From positions 1,120,001 through 1,184,000 of the forward strand of contig CAWDYW010000001.1 of assembly GCA_963806855.1 (NCBI GenBank): a stretch of DNA of 64,000 bases, given 5' to 3'. This document shows, piece after piece, positions 18,282-27,122 of this stretch. The notes beneath the pieces were generated by a model that was not told the DNA's origin, made no database searches, and saw only the letters and a program-made list of their open reading frames with translations. A program made the position numbers and the translations under genes. Origin of the DNA: an uncultured Verrucomicrobiae bacterium. GTDB taxonomy: Bacteria; Chlamydiota; Chlamydiia; Chlamydiales; Rhabdochlamydiaceae. Within the stretch, counting starts at the first letter, position 1; each line of letters opens with the position of its first letter.

Positions 18282-20207
18282 TTAACAGAGTTCCCAGCTG
18301 GTCTCCTGGAGGATCAGGTCGACCCGGGTCGGCCGGACGGTGATCTCTTCGCCAATGGCATGCTTGATGCCGGTCCGCTTCCCCTGCATGGTGTTGGTGC
18401 GCTCGTCAAAAATAAAATAATCATCTTCTAGCTCAGAGATATGGAGGAATCCCTCTAAAAAAAGTTCTTTAATCTCAAAATAGATTCCTCGGGGATTCAT
18501 TTTGGTTATATAGACGACAAAGTGGCGATTTGGGTCTTCATTGAGCCAGCTGAGTAGCAGCCGTTGTTTTTTGAGCAATTTGACTCCCGTCTCGGCACGA
18601 GAGGAAATTCTCTCTTTTTCAGAGCAATCTTTGCCGATCTTCTCGAGGTTGAGTTTCTCTCCCTCTTCGCCGAAAAGGAGCCGCTGGATGATCAGATCGC
18701 TGTAGCGGCGGATGGGGCTGGTGAAGTGGCAGTAGTGCTCGAGCGCCAAGCCAAAGTGTCCGACATTCTGAGGGGAGTAGATGGCCAGTTTGAGGTTTCT
18801 GATGAAGCCGACGGCAAGTTGCTGGCTAAAGGGGGTGTTTTTGGCCTGTTCAAAGAGGTGTTGCAGATCGGCATGGGTCGGCTTCGCGGGGATGTTGAAT
18901 CCGAGGGCGCGGGCGGTGGCGAAGAAGGAATCGAGGTTATCGCTTTCAGGCTCTTCGTGGATGCGGAAAATGAGCGATTTTCCCTGGTCATGCAGATGTT
19001 TGGCGACCACTTCGTTGGCCTTCAACATGAATTCTTCAACCAGCTGGTGAGTGATGTGATACTCTTCGATTTTGGTTCCGGTTGGTTGTCCATTTTCATC
19101 AAGTAAGAGGATCAGCTCGGGAAGGGAGAAATCGATGCTTCCCCGCGCGCTACGCTTCTTTTTGAGCAGGTGGCATAGTTCGACCATTTGGTGGAGCATA
19201 GGAGAGAGAGGGCTTTTTTCCCCGTCGAGGATCGCTTTCGCTTCGCCGTATGTAAACCGCTTTTTGCTCTTGATGAAGGTCCGTTTGACTTCTTGGGCAA
19301 TGAGATTGCCATCGGGGTCAAATTCCATTAGGACCGAGACGGTGAGGCGGATCACCCCTTGGCGCAAGCTGCAGAGATTGTTAGAGAGCTCTTCAGGCAG
19401 CATGGGGACGCAAGCGCCGGGGAAATAGGTCGAATTGCTTCGCTTGATCGCCTCTTGGTCGAGAAGGGAGCCTGACTTCACGTAGTGAGCCACATCGGCA
19501 ATGTGGACAGCTAGAAAGAAATTGCCTTGCTTATTTTTCTCTATGGAGAGGGCATCGTCAAAATCGCGGGCGGTCTCGGGGTCGATCGTGATGCTTGTGA
19601 GTGTCGTTAGATCGATTCTTCCCTTCATCTCTGTGGCGGTCACTTTGGTTCCAAAGGTTTTGGCCTCTTCGATCACATTTTTGGAGAAGGTGCTGGGCAG
19701 ATTATACTCGGCAACAGCGGCTCTGATATCGCAGGAGGGGTCGCTGATGTGGCCGATCAATTCTGAAGGCTCGCACACGATGCACTTTTGGTCATCGCCC
19801 CATTCGAGCACTTTAAAGATAAGTCTATCGCCCACTTTAAGAGGGGATTTCTTTTTATTTTTGACTAAAACAGAGCCTTGTTCTCCGAGGACAGGTACAC
19901 GAGCAATGATGGTATCCCCTTCGATAGAGGCGATGATTCCAGCCAAATGGGTCCGCTCTCTCTTGAGGATGGCGAGCACTTCTCCCTCAGGCCCTTTTTC
20001 CGATTTGGAGCTGGGCTTGACGGTCACTTCGACAGTATCCCCGTCAACAGCATTGTGGGTGAGGTGACGGGGGATGAAGACATCCTTTTTTTCAGGGTCT
20101 TCGGGCACGACAAAGCCAAAGCCCCGGGGGTGCATTCTCAGTGTGCCGATAAGAGTATCTGGTTTTGCTTTTTTAGTGGGACGGTTCCCACCTCTTCTTT
20201 TGCTCAT
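18282..20207 (-). CDS. rnr: Ribonuclease R
   Basis: HPRGFGFV cold-shock domain, TIDPETARDFDDALS, HIADV, HFTSPIRRYSDL, C-terminal S1. Likely start MSKRRGG at 20207. Confidence 0.95.
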   Translation of the reverse strand: MSKRRGGNRPTKKAKPDTLIGTLRMHPRGFGFVVPEDPEKKDVFIPRHLTHNAVDGDTVEVTVKPSSKSEKGPEGEVLAILKRERTHLAGIIASIEGDTIIARVPVLGEQGSVLVKNKKKSPLKVGDRLIFKVLEWGDDQKCIVCEPSELIGHISDPSCDIRAAVAEYNLPSTFSKNVIEEAKTFGTKVTATEMKGRIDLTTLTSITIDPETARDFDDALSIEKNKQGNFFLAVHIADVAHYVKSGSLLDQEAIKRSNSTYFPGACVPMLPEELSNNLCSLRQGVIRLTVSVLMEFDPDGNLIAQEVKRTFIKSKKRFTYGEAKAILDGEKSPLSPMLHQMVELCHLLKKKRSARGSIDFSLPELILLLDENGQPTGTKIEEYHITHQLVEEFMLKANEVVAKHLHDQGKSLIFRIHEEPESDNLDSFFATARALGFNIPAKPTHADLQHLFEQAKNTPFSQQLAVGFIRNLKLAIYSPQNVGHFGLALEHYCHFTSPIRRYSDLIIQRLLFGEEGEKLNLEKIGKDCSEKERISSRAETGVKLLKKQRLLLSWLNEDPNRHFVVYITKMNPRGIYFEIKELFLEGFLHISELEDDYFIFDERTNTMQGKRTGIKHAIGEEITVRPTRVDLILQETSWELC

Positions 20208-20793
20208 ACATAGTCCTTTTCCCATAGTTGTCGCATAACCTCGAAAATCCTGCACTTGTTTTTCCATTTTCGAGCACACCCCATAGGGAATCGAGGTGCC
20301 AGGCCCCTGCCTCGGACACAAAAAGCGTCCAAGCATGCCTTCCACTTGGGCAATTTTCCCGAATGAGGAAAGCTTCGCCTTGAAGCCAATCGTCTTTGGT
20401 CAGCCGATTGAGAAGACATGTTGAGGTGAGGGCAATATGGCGGCAGAGGCCGGTTTTATATTTCAGAAATGTTTCCAAAGGAATTTCAGGCTCTGCTTCA
20501 TCCGGATGGAGGGTGTAGATTAAAGCTCTGACTTCCCGTTCATTGCACAGGTTAAGATTAAATAATACCTCCCGGACATATAGAAATACAAGTTCAATAA
20601 TCTGCTCCTCTGAAAAATCTTCTTTCAAATAGGTGAGCAACTTGTCGTAGGCTGCATCCAAGAGGGGACTGGCCTCCGGATCGACCACGATGATTTCTCG
20701 CGGGTGGGCCCCTGGATACTGAAATGGCCCATCTGGGATCGATTCTTGCAGGATAGGAAGTAGATAAATAATAGTTGAGAGAATGAAATTCAT
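20173..20793 (-). CDS. Transglutaminase/papain-fold-like (EDR1-type) protein
   Basis: Likely start MNFILS at 20793 (ATGA overlap with folD stop); GLCRHIAL...RHAW...HLD gives a Cys-His-Asp triad pattern. Confidence 0.6.
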   Translation of the reverse strand: MNFILSTIIYLLPILQESIPDGPFQYPGAHPREIIVVDPEASPLLDAAYDKLLTYLKEDFSEEQIIELVFLYVREVLFNLNLCNEREVRALIYTLHPDEAEPEIPLETFLKYKTGLCRHIALTSTCLLNRLTKDDWLQGEAFLIRENCPSGRHAWTLFVSEAGAWHLDSLWGVLENGKTSAGFSRLCDNYGKRTMYEQKKRWEPSH

Positions 20794-21635
20794 TGGTTTC
20801 GTTGGTAGCTTAGCAGGGTATTGGAGAGGAGCATCGCAATCGTCATCGGCCCCACGCCGCCGGGCACGGGGGTAATCGCCTGACATTTTGGCGCCACATT
20901 TTCGAAGTCGACATCGCCGACGATTTCCCCCTCGACTCGATTGATCCCCACATCGATCACGACAGCCCCCTTTTTGACCATCGAGGCCTTGACGAAATGG
21001 GGCCTGCCAATCGCTGCAATGAGCACATCGGCAGATAAGCAAAGCTCCTCGAGATTCTCCGAGGCGCTATGGGCGATCGTCACCGTGGCATTGGCACCCT
21101 TTTCTTTCTGCATGAGCAGCGCTGCGAGCGGTTTGCCGACGATGTTGCTCCGACCGAGGATCACCACATGCTTGCCGGCCACATCGATTCCAGAGCGGTT
21201 AAGTAGAATGCTAATTCCATAGGGAGTGCAAGGGAAAAAGCCCCGCTTTTCGCCCAGAAGCAGCCGGCCCATGTTGAGCGGGTGGAAGCCGTCGACATCT
21301 TTTTTCGGATCGATCGACTCTAAAATGCGATCGACCTTGATATGGGCAGGAAGCGGCAGCTGCACGAGGATGCCGTCGATTTGCGGGTTGGCATTCATCC
21401 GTTCGATTTCCCCAAGTAAATACTCTTCCGAAATCGTGCTGGGCAGCTCCAAATCGACCGACAGGATCCCCACTTCGTGACATTTTTTCTTCTTCATTCG
21501 GATAAAGGAAATCGATGCTGGATCGTCGCCCACAAGAACGAACGCCAGCGCCGGTTTCCTTCCTTTAAGGTGTCCAATCGCCTCTTTCAAGGAATTTTCA
21601 ATATTTTTTGCACAGGCCTTTCCGTCGATGATCAT
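20790..21635 (-). CDS. folD: Methylene-THF dehydrogenase/cyclohydrolase
   Basis: GILVQLPLP, KDVDGFHP, PCTP, GRSNIVGKP, ITPVPGGVGPMTIAML. Confidence 0.97.
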   Translation of the reverse strand: MIIDGKACAKNIENSLKEAIGHLKGRKPALAFVLVGDDPASISFIRMKKKKCHEVGILSVDLELPSTISEEYLLGEIERMNANPQIDGILVQLPLPAHIKVDRILESIDPKKDVDGFHPLNMGRLLLGEKRGFFPCTPYGISILLNRSGIDVAGKHVVILGRSNIVGKPLAALLMQKEKGANATVTIAHSASENLEELCLSADVLIAAIGRPHFVKASMVKKGAVVIDVGINRVEGEIVGDVDFENVAPKCQAITPVPGGVGPMTIAMLLSNTLLSYQRNQ

Positions 21636-22417
21636 CGCAAATCCTCCTTCAAATAAGAGACCATCCGCTCATGCAGATGACCATTTGTCGCCAAAAGGGG
21701 AAGATAGCGGTAGATCGGATGCTCCGAGCCATCATAGAGGGTCACTTTTCCGCCCGCCTCTTCGATCAAAAGCTTGCCGGCCGCCATGTCCCAAGGATGG
21801 AGCCCCACTTCCCAAAAGACGTCGAATCGCCCCGCCGCAATGTAGGCCAAATCGAGTGAAGCCACCCCAATGCGCCGAATCGGAACGCCGAGAACCGCCA
21901 TTTTAGAAAAACGGTCGATGCAGTGGAGCGGGTTCTGGTCGACATTATAGGGAAAGCCGGTAGAGAACATCGCGCTTTCGAAGGTCTTCGTCTCGGTGAC
22001 CGCCAGTCGCCGCCCATTCAAGGTGGCCCCGCCCCCTTTTTCAGCCAAGTAGAGCTCTCCAAGAAGGGGATGATAGACTGCGCCAGCCAAAATCTCATTG
22101 CCCCTGGCAGCGGCGATGCTGACTGCGAAAAAGGGGATATTGTGGGCAAAATTGACCGTCCCATCTAGGGGGTCGATGATCCAGATGACCTCCTTCGAGG
22201 GAGCATCATGCACATTCTCCTCTTCAGCGAGAAAATGGTGATGGGGAAAATGGCCTTTGATGGTGTCGATGATCAGTTTTTGAGAGAGGATATCGTATTC
22301 GGTGACAAGATTTTGTTGCCCAGCTTTGGTGTCGACATGGTAGGCAGTCCCGAATCCCTCTTTCAATAGGGCACCAGCGGCCAAAGCGGCCTCTTTTGCA
22401 ACTTTAATCAGATCCAT
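21632..22417 (-). CDS. suhB: Inositol monophosphatase family protein
   Basis: WIIDPLDGTVNF, WDMAAG.L..EAGG motifs. Confidence 0.92.
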   Translation of the reverse strand: MDLIKVAKEAALAAGALLKEGFGTAYHVDTKAGQQNLVTEYDILSQKLIIDTIKGHFPHHHFLAEEENVHDAPSKEVIWIIDPLDGTVNFAHNIPFFAVSIAAARGNEILAGAVYHPLLGELYLAEKGGGATLNGRRLAVTETKTFESAMFSTGFPYNVDQNPLHCIDRFSKMAVLGVPIRRIGVASLDLAYIAAGRFDVFWEVGLHPWDMAAGKLLIEEAGGKVTLYDGSEHPIYRYLPLLATNGHLHERMVSYLKEDLR

Positions 22418-22897
22418 TCAAGTCCTTTTTAGAAAACAGTATATCATTCTTGGACAAGTAAACCAAACAAATCCATACAGCGCATCGACGAGGGGCATAA
22501 TCAGCAAAGAAGAGAGGAGCATCTGCAGGTTAAAGGTGACCAGATGGCGGATCAGGACAAATTGAATCGCCGAGAAGACCGCCGAAATGACGGCCGTATA
22601 AAACGGGATAGAGAAGAGATTCTCCTCGTAAAAATATCTTTTCAGCTGGAAGGTGAGGGCTGCCGTCGCGACGCTACAGAGGGAGAAGACCCCAAACCGG
22701 ATGTCGATTGTAAAGAGATCGACTAGCAGCCCACAAAGGGCCGCAATCCACAGACTGGCCAGAAAAGGCTTCCGAAGAAAGACAATGGCAAAGAAAGGGG
22801 CAAAGGAGATCAGCCTCGTCGAGGGAAAAGCATTAGCCCCAAAGATCAGCGCCAAGAGGGCTAGGAGGAAAAAGAAGAGGAGCGGAGGCCGTTTCAT
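22418..22897 (-). CDS. MreD-like membrane protein
   Basis: 159 aa, about 5 TM, 'GLLVDL....FG' pattern typical of MreD. Confidence 0.5.
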   Translation of the reverse strand: MKRPPLLFFFLLALLALIFGANAFPSTRLISFAPFFAIVFLRKPFLASLWIAALCGLLVDLFTIDIRFGVFSLCSVATAALTFQLKRYFYEENLFSIPFYTAVISAVFSAIQFVLIRHLVTFNLQMLLSSLLIMPLVDALYGFVWFTCPRMIYCFLKRT

Positions 22898-22966
22898 CCA
22901 TTCTAAAGTTATGCGAAAACGAATTTTATTTCAATGTAGGATAAGTCATTGAGCACAAAAGGTACA

Positions 22967-23042
22967 ATGATATGAACGATACAACGATGCGAATGATAAA
23001 AAAATTACTATCCTTCATATCGTTGTATCATTCTCATCATTT
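22967..23042. repeat. Imperfect inverted repeat built from ~9-bp units (aacgatacaacgat-like)
   Basis: atgatatgaacgatacaacgatgcgaatgata vs reverse complement of the right arm atgatgagaatgatacaacgatatgaaggata. Confidence 0.7.
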
Positions 23043-24044
23043 TTTTGACCAATGCCCGAAAGATTGCATATCATTTATGATACATACTGGGGCAAGTTCT
23101 TCCATTGCTGTTTCGATACGTTCATCTCCATTTGTTTGAAGGCTCAAATAGAGAGAAAACAGATCCACAGCACTATCCTTTGCAAATAAGTGGGGATCAT
23201 AATACCAAATTTCTAATTCAAAAGCAGCCTCTTCAGAAGAGGGTAATTCCTCGACTTCGGACTTCTTCCATCTCTTCCATTCCTCCCAGCTAATCGCATA
23301 AACAGGGACAGTGGGTGGATTTATCATTGTAAAATAGCTAAGCGCTGTCAGTCCTGCCGCAATTTTTGGTTTCTTATGTTTTAACCATACGCGAGTTTTC
23401 ACTGGACTGCGCAACATTGGCTTTGTTTGTTCCCATAATTCGCGCTTGCTGCCCTCAAAGACCCAAAAACGCTCTCTTCCTTCTCGATAGACTGTGCCAA
23501 TGCTCGCTTCTTCCAATTCATCAAGAGCGCGAGTCATTGTCATGTGAGTGTATCCGAGCTCCTTTACGAGATAAGAAGGGTTCAATTTTTCTTTTGCTTT
23601 TTTTAGCAGTGCATAAACAATAATCGCTTGAGTAGCAGGGCTAAGAAATTTTTTTGGATTTCGCAATTTCCGGAAATGCTCTCTTAAATCAATTCCCAAT
23701 TCGGGCAGATAGAGCTGATTACCGGGAACGAGAAAAGGGACCCGATGCTCAATTAAACGCTTACGGTTATAGGCTGAAATGGTCTCTTGAACGAAAATGC
23801 ACGGGCCATCCCATTTTTTCAATAATTGCTCCCAATGCTTTCGCACCAATGCTGGTGTTACTTCTAGTCCCTTTTTTGCAACCATCAACAAGCAAGCATT
23901 TGTTAATAATTTGAACTCATAAAAATTATAAGAATCCAGCAAGAAAAAAGGTAATTCCTTCTGTTTTCTCCAAAGATGAACTTTGACTTTTTGACCTAAA
24001 GCCTCCTGAAAATAATGCTCTATTGCAAATGCGATTTTTTCCAT
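23037..24044 (-). CDS. Winged-helix (MarR-like) protein, AbiEi-antitoxin-like architecture
   Basis: AT-rich; HTH (LVKELGYTHMTMTRALDELE), C-terminal D..SLYLSL....DERIE.A.EEL. Likely start MEKIAF at 24044. Confidence 0.6.
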   Translation of the reverse strand: MEKIAFAIEHYFQEALGQKVKVHLWRKQKELPFFLLDSYNFYEFKLLTNACLLMVAKKGLEVTPALVRKHWEQLLKKWDGPCIFVQETISAYNRKRLIEHRVPFLVPGNQLYLPELGIDLREHFRKLRNPKKFLSPATQAIIVYALLKKAKEKLNPSYLVKELGYTHMTMTRALDELEEASIGTVYREGRERFWVFEGSKRELWEQTKPMLRSPVKTRVWLKHKKPKIAAGLTALSYFTMINPPTVPVYAISWEEWKRWKKSEVEELPSSEEAAFELEIWYYDPHLFAKDSAVDLFSLYLSLQTNGDERIETAMEELAPVCIINDMQSFGHWSKK

Positions 24045-24147
24045 TTTATTAACCTTATATATGCATATTAACATATGTAATGTTAACGTGCAATTTCTAT
24101 GTTAACGCAGATAAATTTATTGACGGAAGATTCTGATTTTAAATTTG

Positions 24148-25104
24148 TTAGGTCGTTATGCAAGAGATTTCATACCACTGCCAAGCAGTCTGGACAATCG
24201 TGGTTAAATCTGAGTAATTCGGCACCCAGTTTAGCTCTCTTTGGGCTTTCCGTGCATCAGCAATCAAACTGGGGCACTCGCTAATGGATTGATTCTCGAT
24301 CAGATAGGGGACGGAGAGCCCAGTGATTTTTTCCACTTCAGCCATCACCTCGAGCACAGAATAGCCTCGGCCGGTTCCGAGATTATACGGACCCGATGCA
24401 GAGCATTGCAGAGCTTTCACATGTGCCTGAGCCAAATCGGAGACATGGACATAATCGCGTACGGCAGTGCCATCTTTCGTTGGGAGCTGATTATTGTAGA
24501 TGACTAGAGGTTGCCCATCGCGTGCTGCAAAAATTGTCCGCGGGATCAGATGTGTTTCGGGGGTATGGGCCTCTCCAATTTCCCCATCTGGATCTGCCCC
24601 AGCAGCATTGAAATAACGGAAAATGACCGCATTTAGCTCAAAATCCTCAATCAGCTGTTCGGTGATCCATTTGCTCCTGCCGTAAGGGTTGAGGGGGTTT
24701 TTGGGGTAATTTTCCGAAAGAAGTTGCCCATCTGACGGAGCATAGACCGCGGCGCTACTAGAATAAACGAGCCGGCTTACCTTGTACTTGGCCATGGCCC
24801 GGAATAATGATAAGCTGCCCAGCACATTGCTCTCGTAGCATTTTTCGGGGTTCAGGATAGATTCTCTCAAATCGACAAGGCCCGCTAAGTGGATGACAGC
24901 TTCTGGTTCATATCGAAAGAAGGCCTTCTCGAGATCCTCTACATTTTGGAGATCCCCTTGGAAAAACGGGCCATAACGGACTGCCCATTTGTGCCCATGA
25001 CTTAAATTGTCGAATGTGATCGGTTCATATCCCGCTGTCTTCAATGCCTTGCAGACATGACTCCCAATATAGCCCGCGCCGCCTGTTACCAGTATTCTGC
25101 TCAT
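24148..25104 (-). CDS. galE: UDP-glucose 4-epimerase
   Basis: ILVTGGAGYIGSH, SSSAAVY, YGRSK, RYFNAAGA, RDYVHVSDLA; start MSRIL at 25104. Confidence 0.95.
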   Translation of the reverse strand: MSRILVTGGAGYIGSHVCKALKTAGYEPITFDNLSHGHKWAVRYGPFFQGDLQNVEDLEKAFFRYEPEAVIHLAGLVDLRESILNPEKCYESNVLGSLSLFRAMAKYKVSRLVYSSSAAVYAPSDGQLLSENYPKNPLNPYGRSKWITEQLIEDFELNAVIFRYFNAAGADPDGEIGEAHTPETHLIPRTIFAARDGQPLVIYNNQLPTKDGTAVRDYVHVSDLAQAHVKALQCSASGPYNLGTGRGYSVLEVMAEVEKITGLSVPYLIENQSISECPSLIADARKAQRELNWVPNYSDLTTIVQTAWQWYEISCITT

Positions 25105-25733
25105 CAATAGGCCCCTTTGGGAAATAGCACAATGACGATCGTCTTGAGAATGATCCGCAGATCGAGCCAAAACGATCGAGAGTCGACATATTTCTCTTCT
25201 AATGCAGCCCGCTCTTCAAAGGAGAGGAGATTGCGCCCTTGCGTTTGCCAAATGCAGGTGATGCCCGGCTTCACCGAGAGAATTTTCTCCGTCCGCTCCC
25301 GATACCGCTGCCGAATTTCATCCACCGCTTGCTCTGGATATCGAACCTCAATGGGGCGAGGACCGACGACGCTTAAATCGCCCTTGAGCACATTCCAAAA
25401 TTGGGGGAGCTCATCGAGTGAGGTCTTGCGCAAGAATCGGCCTACAATCGTGAGGCGGGGATCTTTTTTGAGTTTGTGAAAGGTATCCCATTCCTCGCGC
25501 AGCTTAGGGTTCGTTTTCAAGACGCTCTCCAAATGGCTATCCGCATTGAGAACCATCGTCCGAAATTTCCAGCAATAGATCAGCTTTCCCCCTTGCCCCA
25601 TCCGCAAACTCTTGTAGAGGGGAGGGCCTTTGGAGGTCATTTGGATTAAGAGTAGGAGTAAGAGGTAAATAGGGGAGCCGAAAAGGAGGACGGAGCTGCT
25701 AAATAAGATATCGAAAACTCTTTTCCCAGACAT
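25104..25733 (-). CDS. Small phosphoglycosyl (initiating sugar) transferase, WbaP/WcaJ catalytic-domain family
   Basis: KRVFDI, KFRTM, DPRLT.VG.FLRKTSLDELPQFWNVLKGDLS.VGPRP, KPGIT. Confidence 0.92.
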   Translation of the reverse strand: MSGKRVFDILFSSSVLLFGSPIYLLLLLLIQMTSKGPPLYKSLRMGQGGKLIYCWKFRTMVLNADSHLESVLKTNPKLREEWDTFHKLKKDPRLTIVGRFLRKTSLDELPQFWNVLKGDLSVVGPRPIEVRYPEQAVDEIRQRYRERTEKILSVKPGITCIWQTQGRNLLSFEERAALEEKYVDSRSFWLDLRIILKTIVIVLFPKGAY

Positions 25734-25766
25734 GATTTCTCACGTTAGGGAAAAGAGCATTTAAAT

Positions 25767-27122
25767 TCAAATCACTAGGGCGTGTCGTCTGATGGCGATT
25801 TTAGCCTCTAGCTCATGATCGACAATCGGAGCGGGATAATCGGACTCGAACTGCTCCTTTGCCCAATTGTGGATAATCTTGGGTGAGAACTCGGCGAGTT
25901 CTGGGATCCACTTTTTGATATAGACGCAGTCCCGATCGAATTTCTTTTGCTGGGTCCAGGGATTAAAGACCCGGAAATAGGGCTGGGCGTCGCACCCGGT
26001 GCTGGCAACCCATTGCCAGTTGCCATTGTTGACAGCTGGATCATAATCGATCAGATTCTGGGCAAAATATTGCTCACCCCAGCGCCAATCGATATGAAGA
26101 TCTTTGACCAGGAAGGAGGCGGCGATCATCCTCACGCGGTTGTGCATCAGCCCGGTCGCATTCATCTCACGCATTCCTGCATCGACAATCGGAAAACCCG
26201 TTTGTCCCTCGCACCATTTCTTAAACAACTTTTTGTCGTAGGACCATTTTACCTTGTCAAATTTGGCGTGAAAGGCGCTCTTAAAGACATGGGGGAAGAA
26301 GAAGGCGATTGCAGTGAAGAAATCGCGCCAGTGAAGCGAGCGGATGAGCGGATCGTTTGGCCCGAGCTTAAGCCAGATCGCCGCATAGACCTCGCGAGGG
26401 GAGACGACAGTGAATTTCAAATAGGGGGAGAGATGCGAAGTATAATCTTCTGCAGGAAAATCGCGCCGCTCATTATAGGCATTGAGCTGACCCAATTTTT
26501 TAAGGATTTTCAGAGCTTCGGTTCGGCCTCCAACCAGTCCATTATTGACTTTGACAGTCGGCAATTTGTGCTCGGCAAATGGAATAGAGCCATGGAAGTA
26601 GTTGGTCGCCCGGTTGTGAACAGGGGCAGCGATTTCGATTTTTTGCGCATTGCGGAAAAAGGGGGTGAAGATTGTATAGGGTGTCCCATCCTTCTTAAGG
26701 GTCGTTTCGGGAGGATGTAGAAGGGCATCATCGAAAGAAAGGAAGGAAATGCCGGCCCGATTGCAAACATTTTCAATTTTGGCATCTCTAGAGATACTGT
26801 AAGGGGTGTAGTCGCGATTGACAATGACGGCATCGATGTTTAATTTTTCGATGCACTTCTTGACTATCTGATCGCTCTTTCCATGAAACAGAAAGAGTTT
26901 GCTCTTTTTCTGCTTGAGCTGATCTTGTAGGTCTTCTATCGACTCGACCATGAATTTTACACAGTGGTCGCTTCGATAGGGATTCTGCTGGATCTGCTCA
27001 GGAGTAAAAATGAAGGAGGGGATGACCGTCTTAGAGTGTTTAAGAGCATAAATCAAGCCGGTGTTATCCTCTAATCGAAGATCGCGCCTAAAAATAAATA
27101 ACGCTTTTTGAAATTCCATCAA
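25767..27122 (-). CDS. phrB: Deoxyribodipyrimidine (CPD) photolyase
   Basis: FRRDLRLEDN, TS.LSPYL, WRDFF, GQTGFPIVDAGMR, HNRVRM..ASFL.KDL, DYD.A.NNGNWQW, YFRVFNP. Confidence 0.93.
   Translation of the reverse strand: MMEFQKALFIFRRDLRLEDNTGLIYALKHSKTVIPSFIFTPEQIQQNPYRSDHCVKFMVESIEDLQDQLKQKKSKLFLFHGKSDQIVKKCIEKLNIDAVIVNRDYTPYSISRDAKIENVCNRAGISFLSFDDALLHPPETTLKKDGTPYTIFTPFFRNAQKIEIAAPVHNRATNYFHGSIPFAEHKLPTVKVNNGLVGGRTEALKILKKLGQLNAYNERRDFPAEDYTSHLSPYLKFTVVSPREVYAAIWLKLGPNDPLIRSLHWRDFFTAIAFFFPHVFKSAFHAKFDKVKWSYDKKLFKKWCEGQTGFPIVDAGMREMNATGLMHNRVRMIAASFLVKDLHIDWRWGEQYFAQNLIDYDPAVNNGNWQWVASTGCDAQPYFRVFNPWTQQKKFDRDCVYIKKWIPELAEFSPKIIHNWAKEQFESDYPAPIVDHELEAKIAIRRHALVI

Noticed and set aside
22899..22920. 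Possible dif site (tttcgcataa on the minus strand)
   Set aside because: Only a XerC-like half is present; no XerD arm at the required 6-bp spacing.
25947..26720. 257-aa + strand ORF and many similar 60-200 aa ORFs overlapping core genes
   Set aside because: Antisense or alternate-frame shadows of well-supported GC-rich genes.
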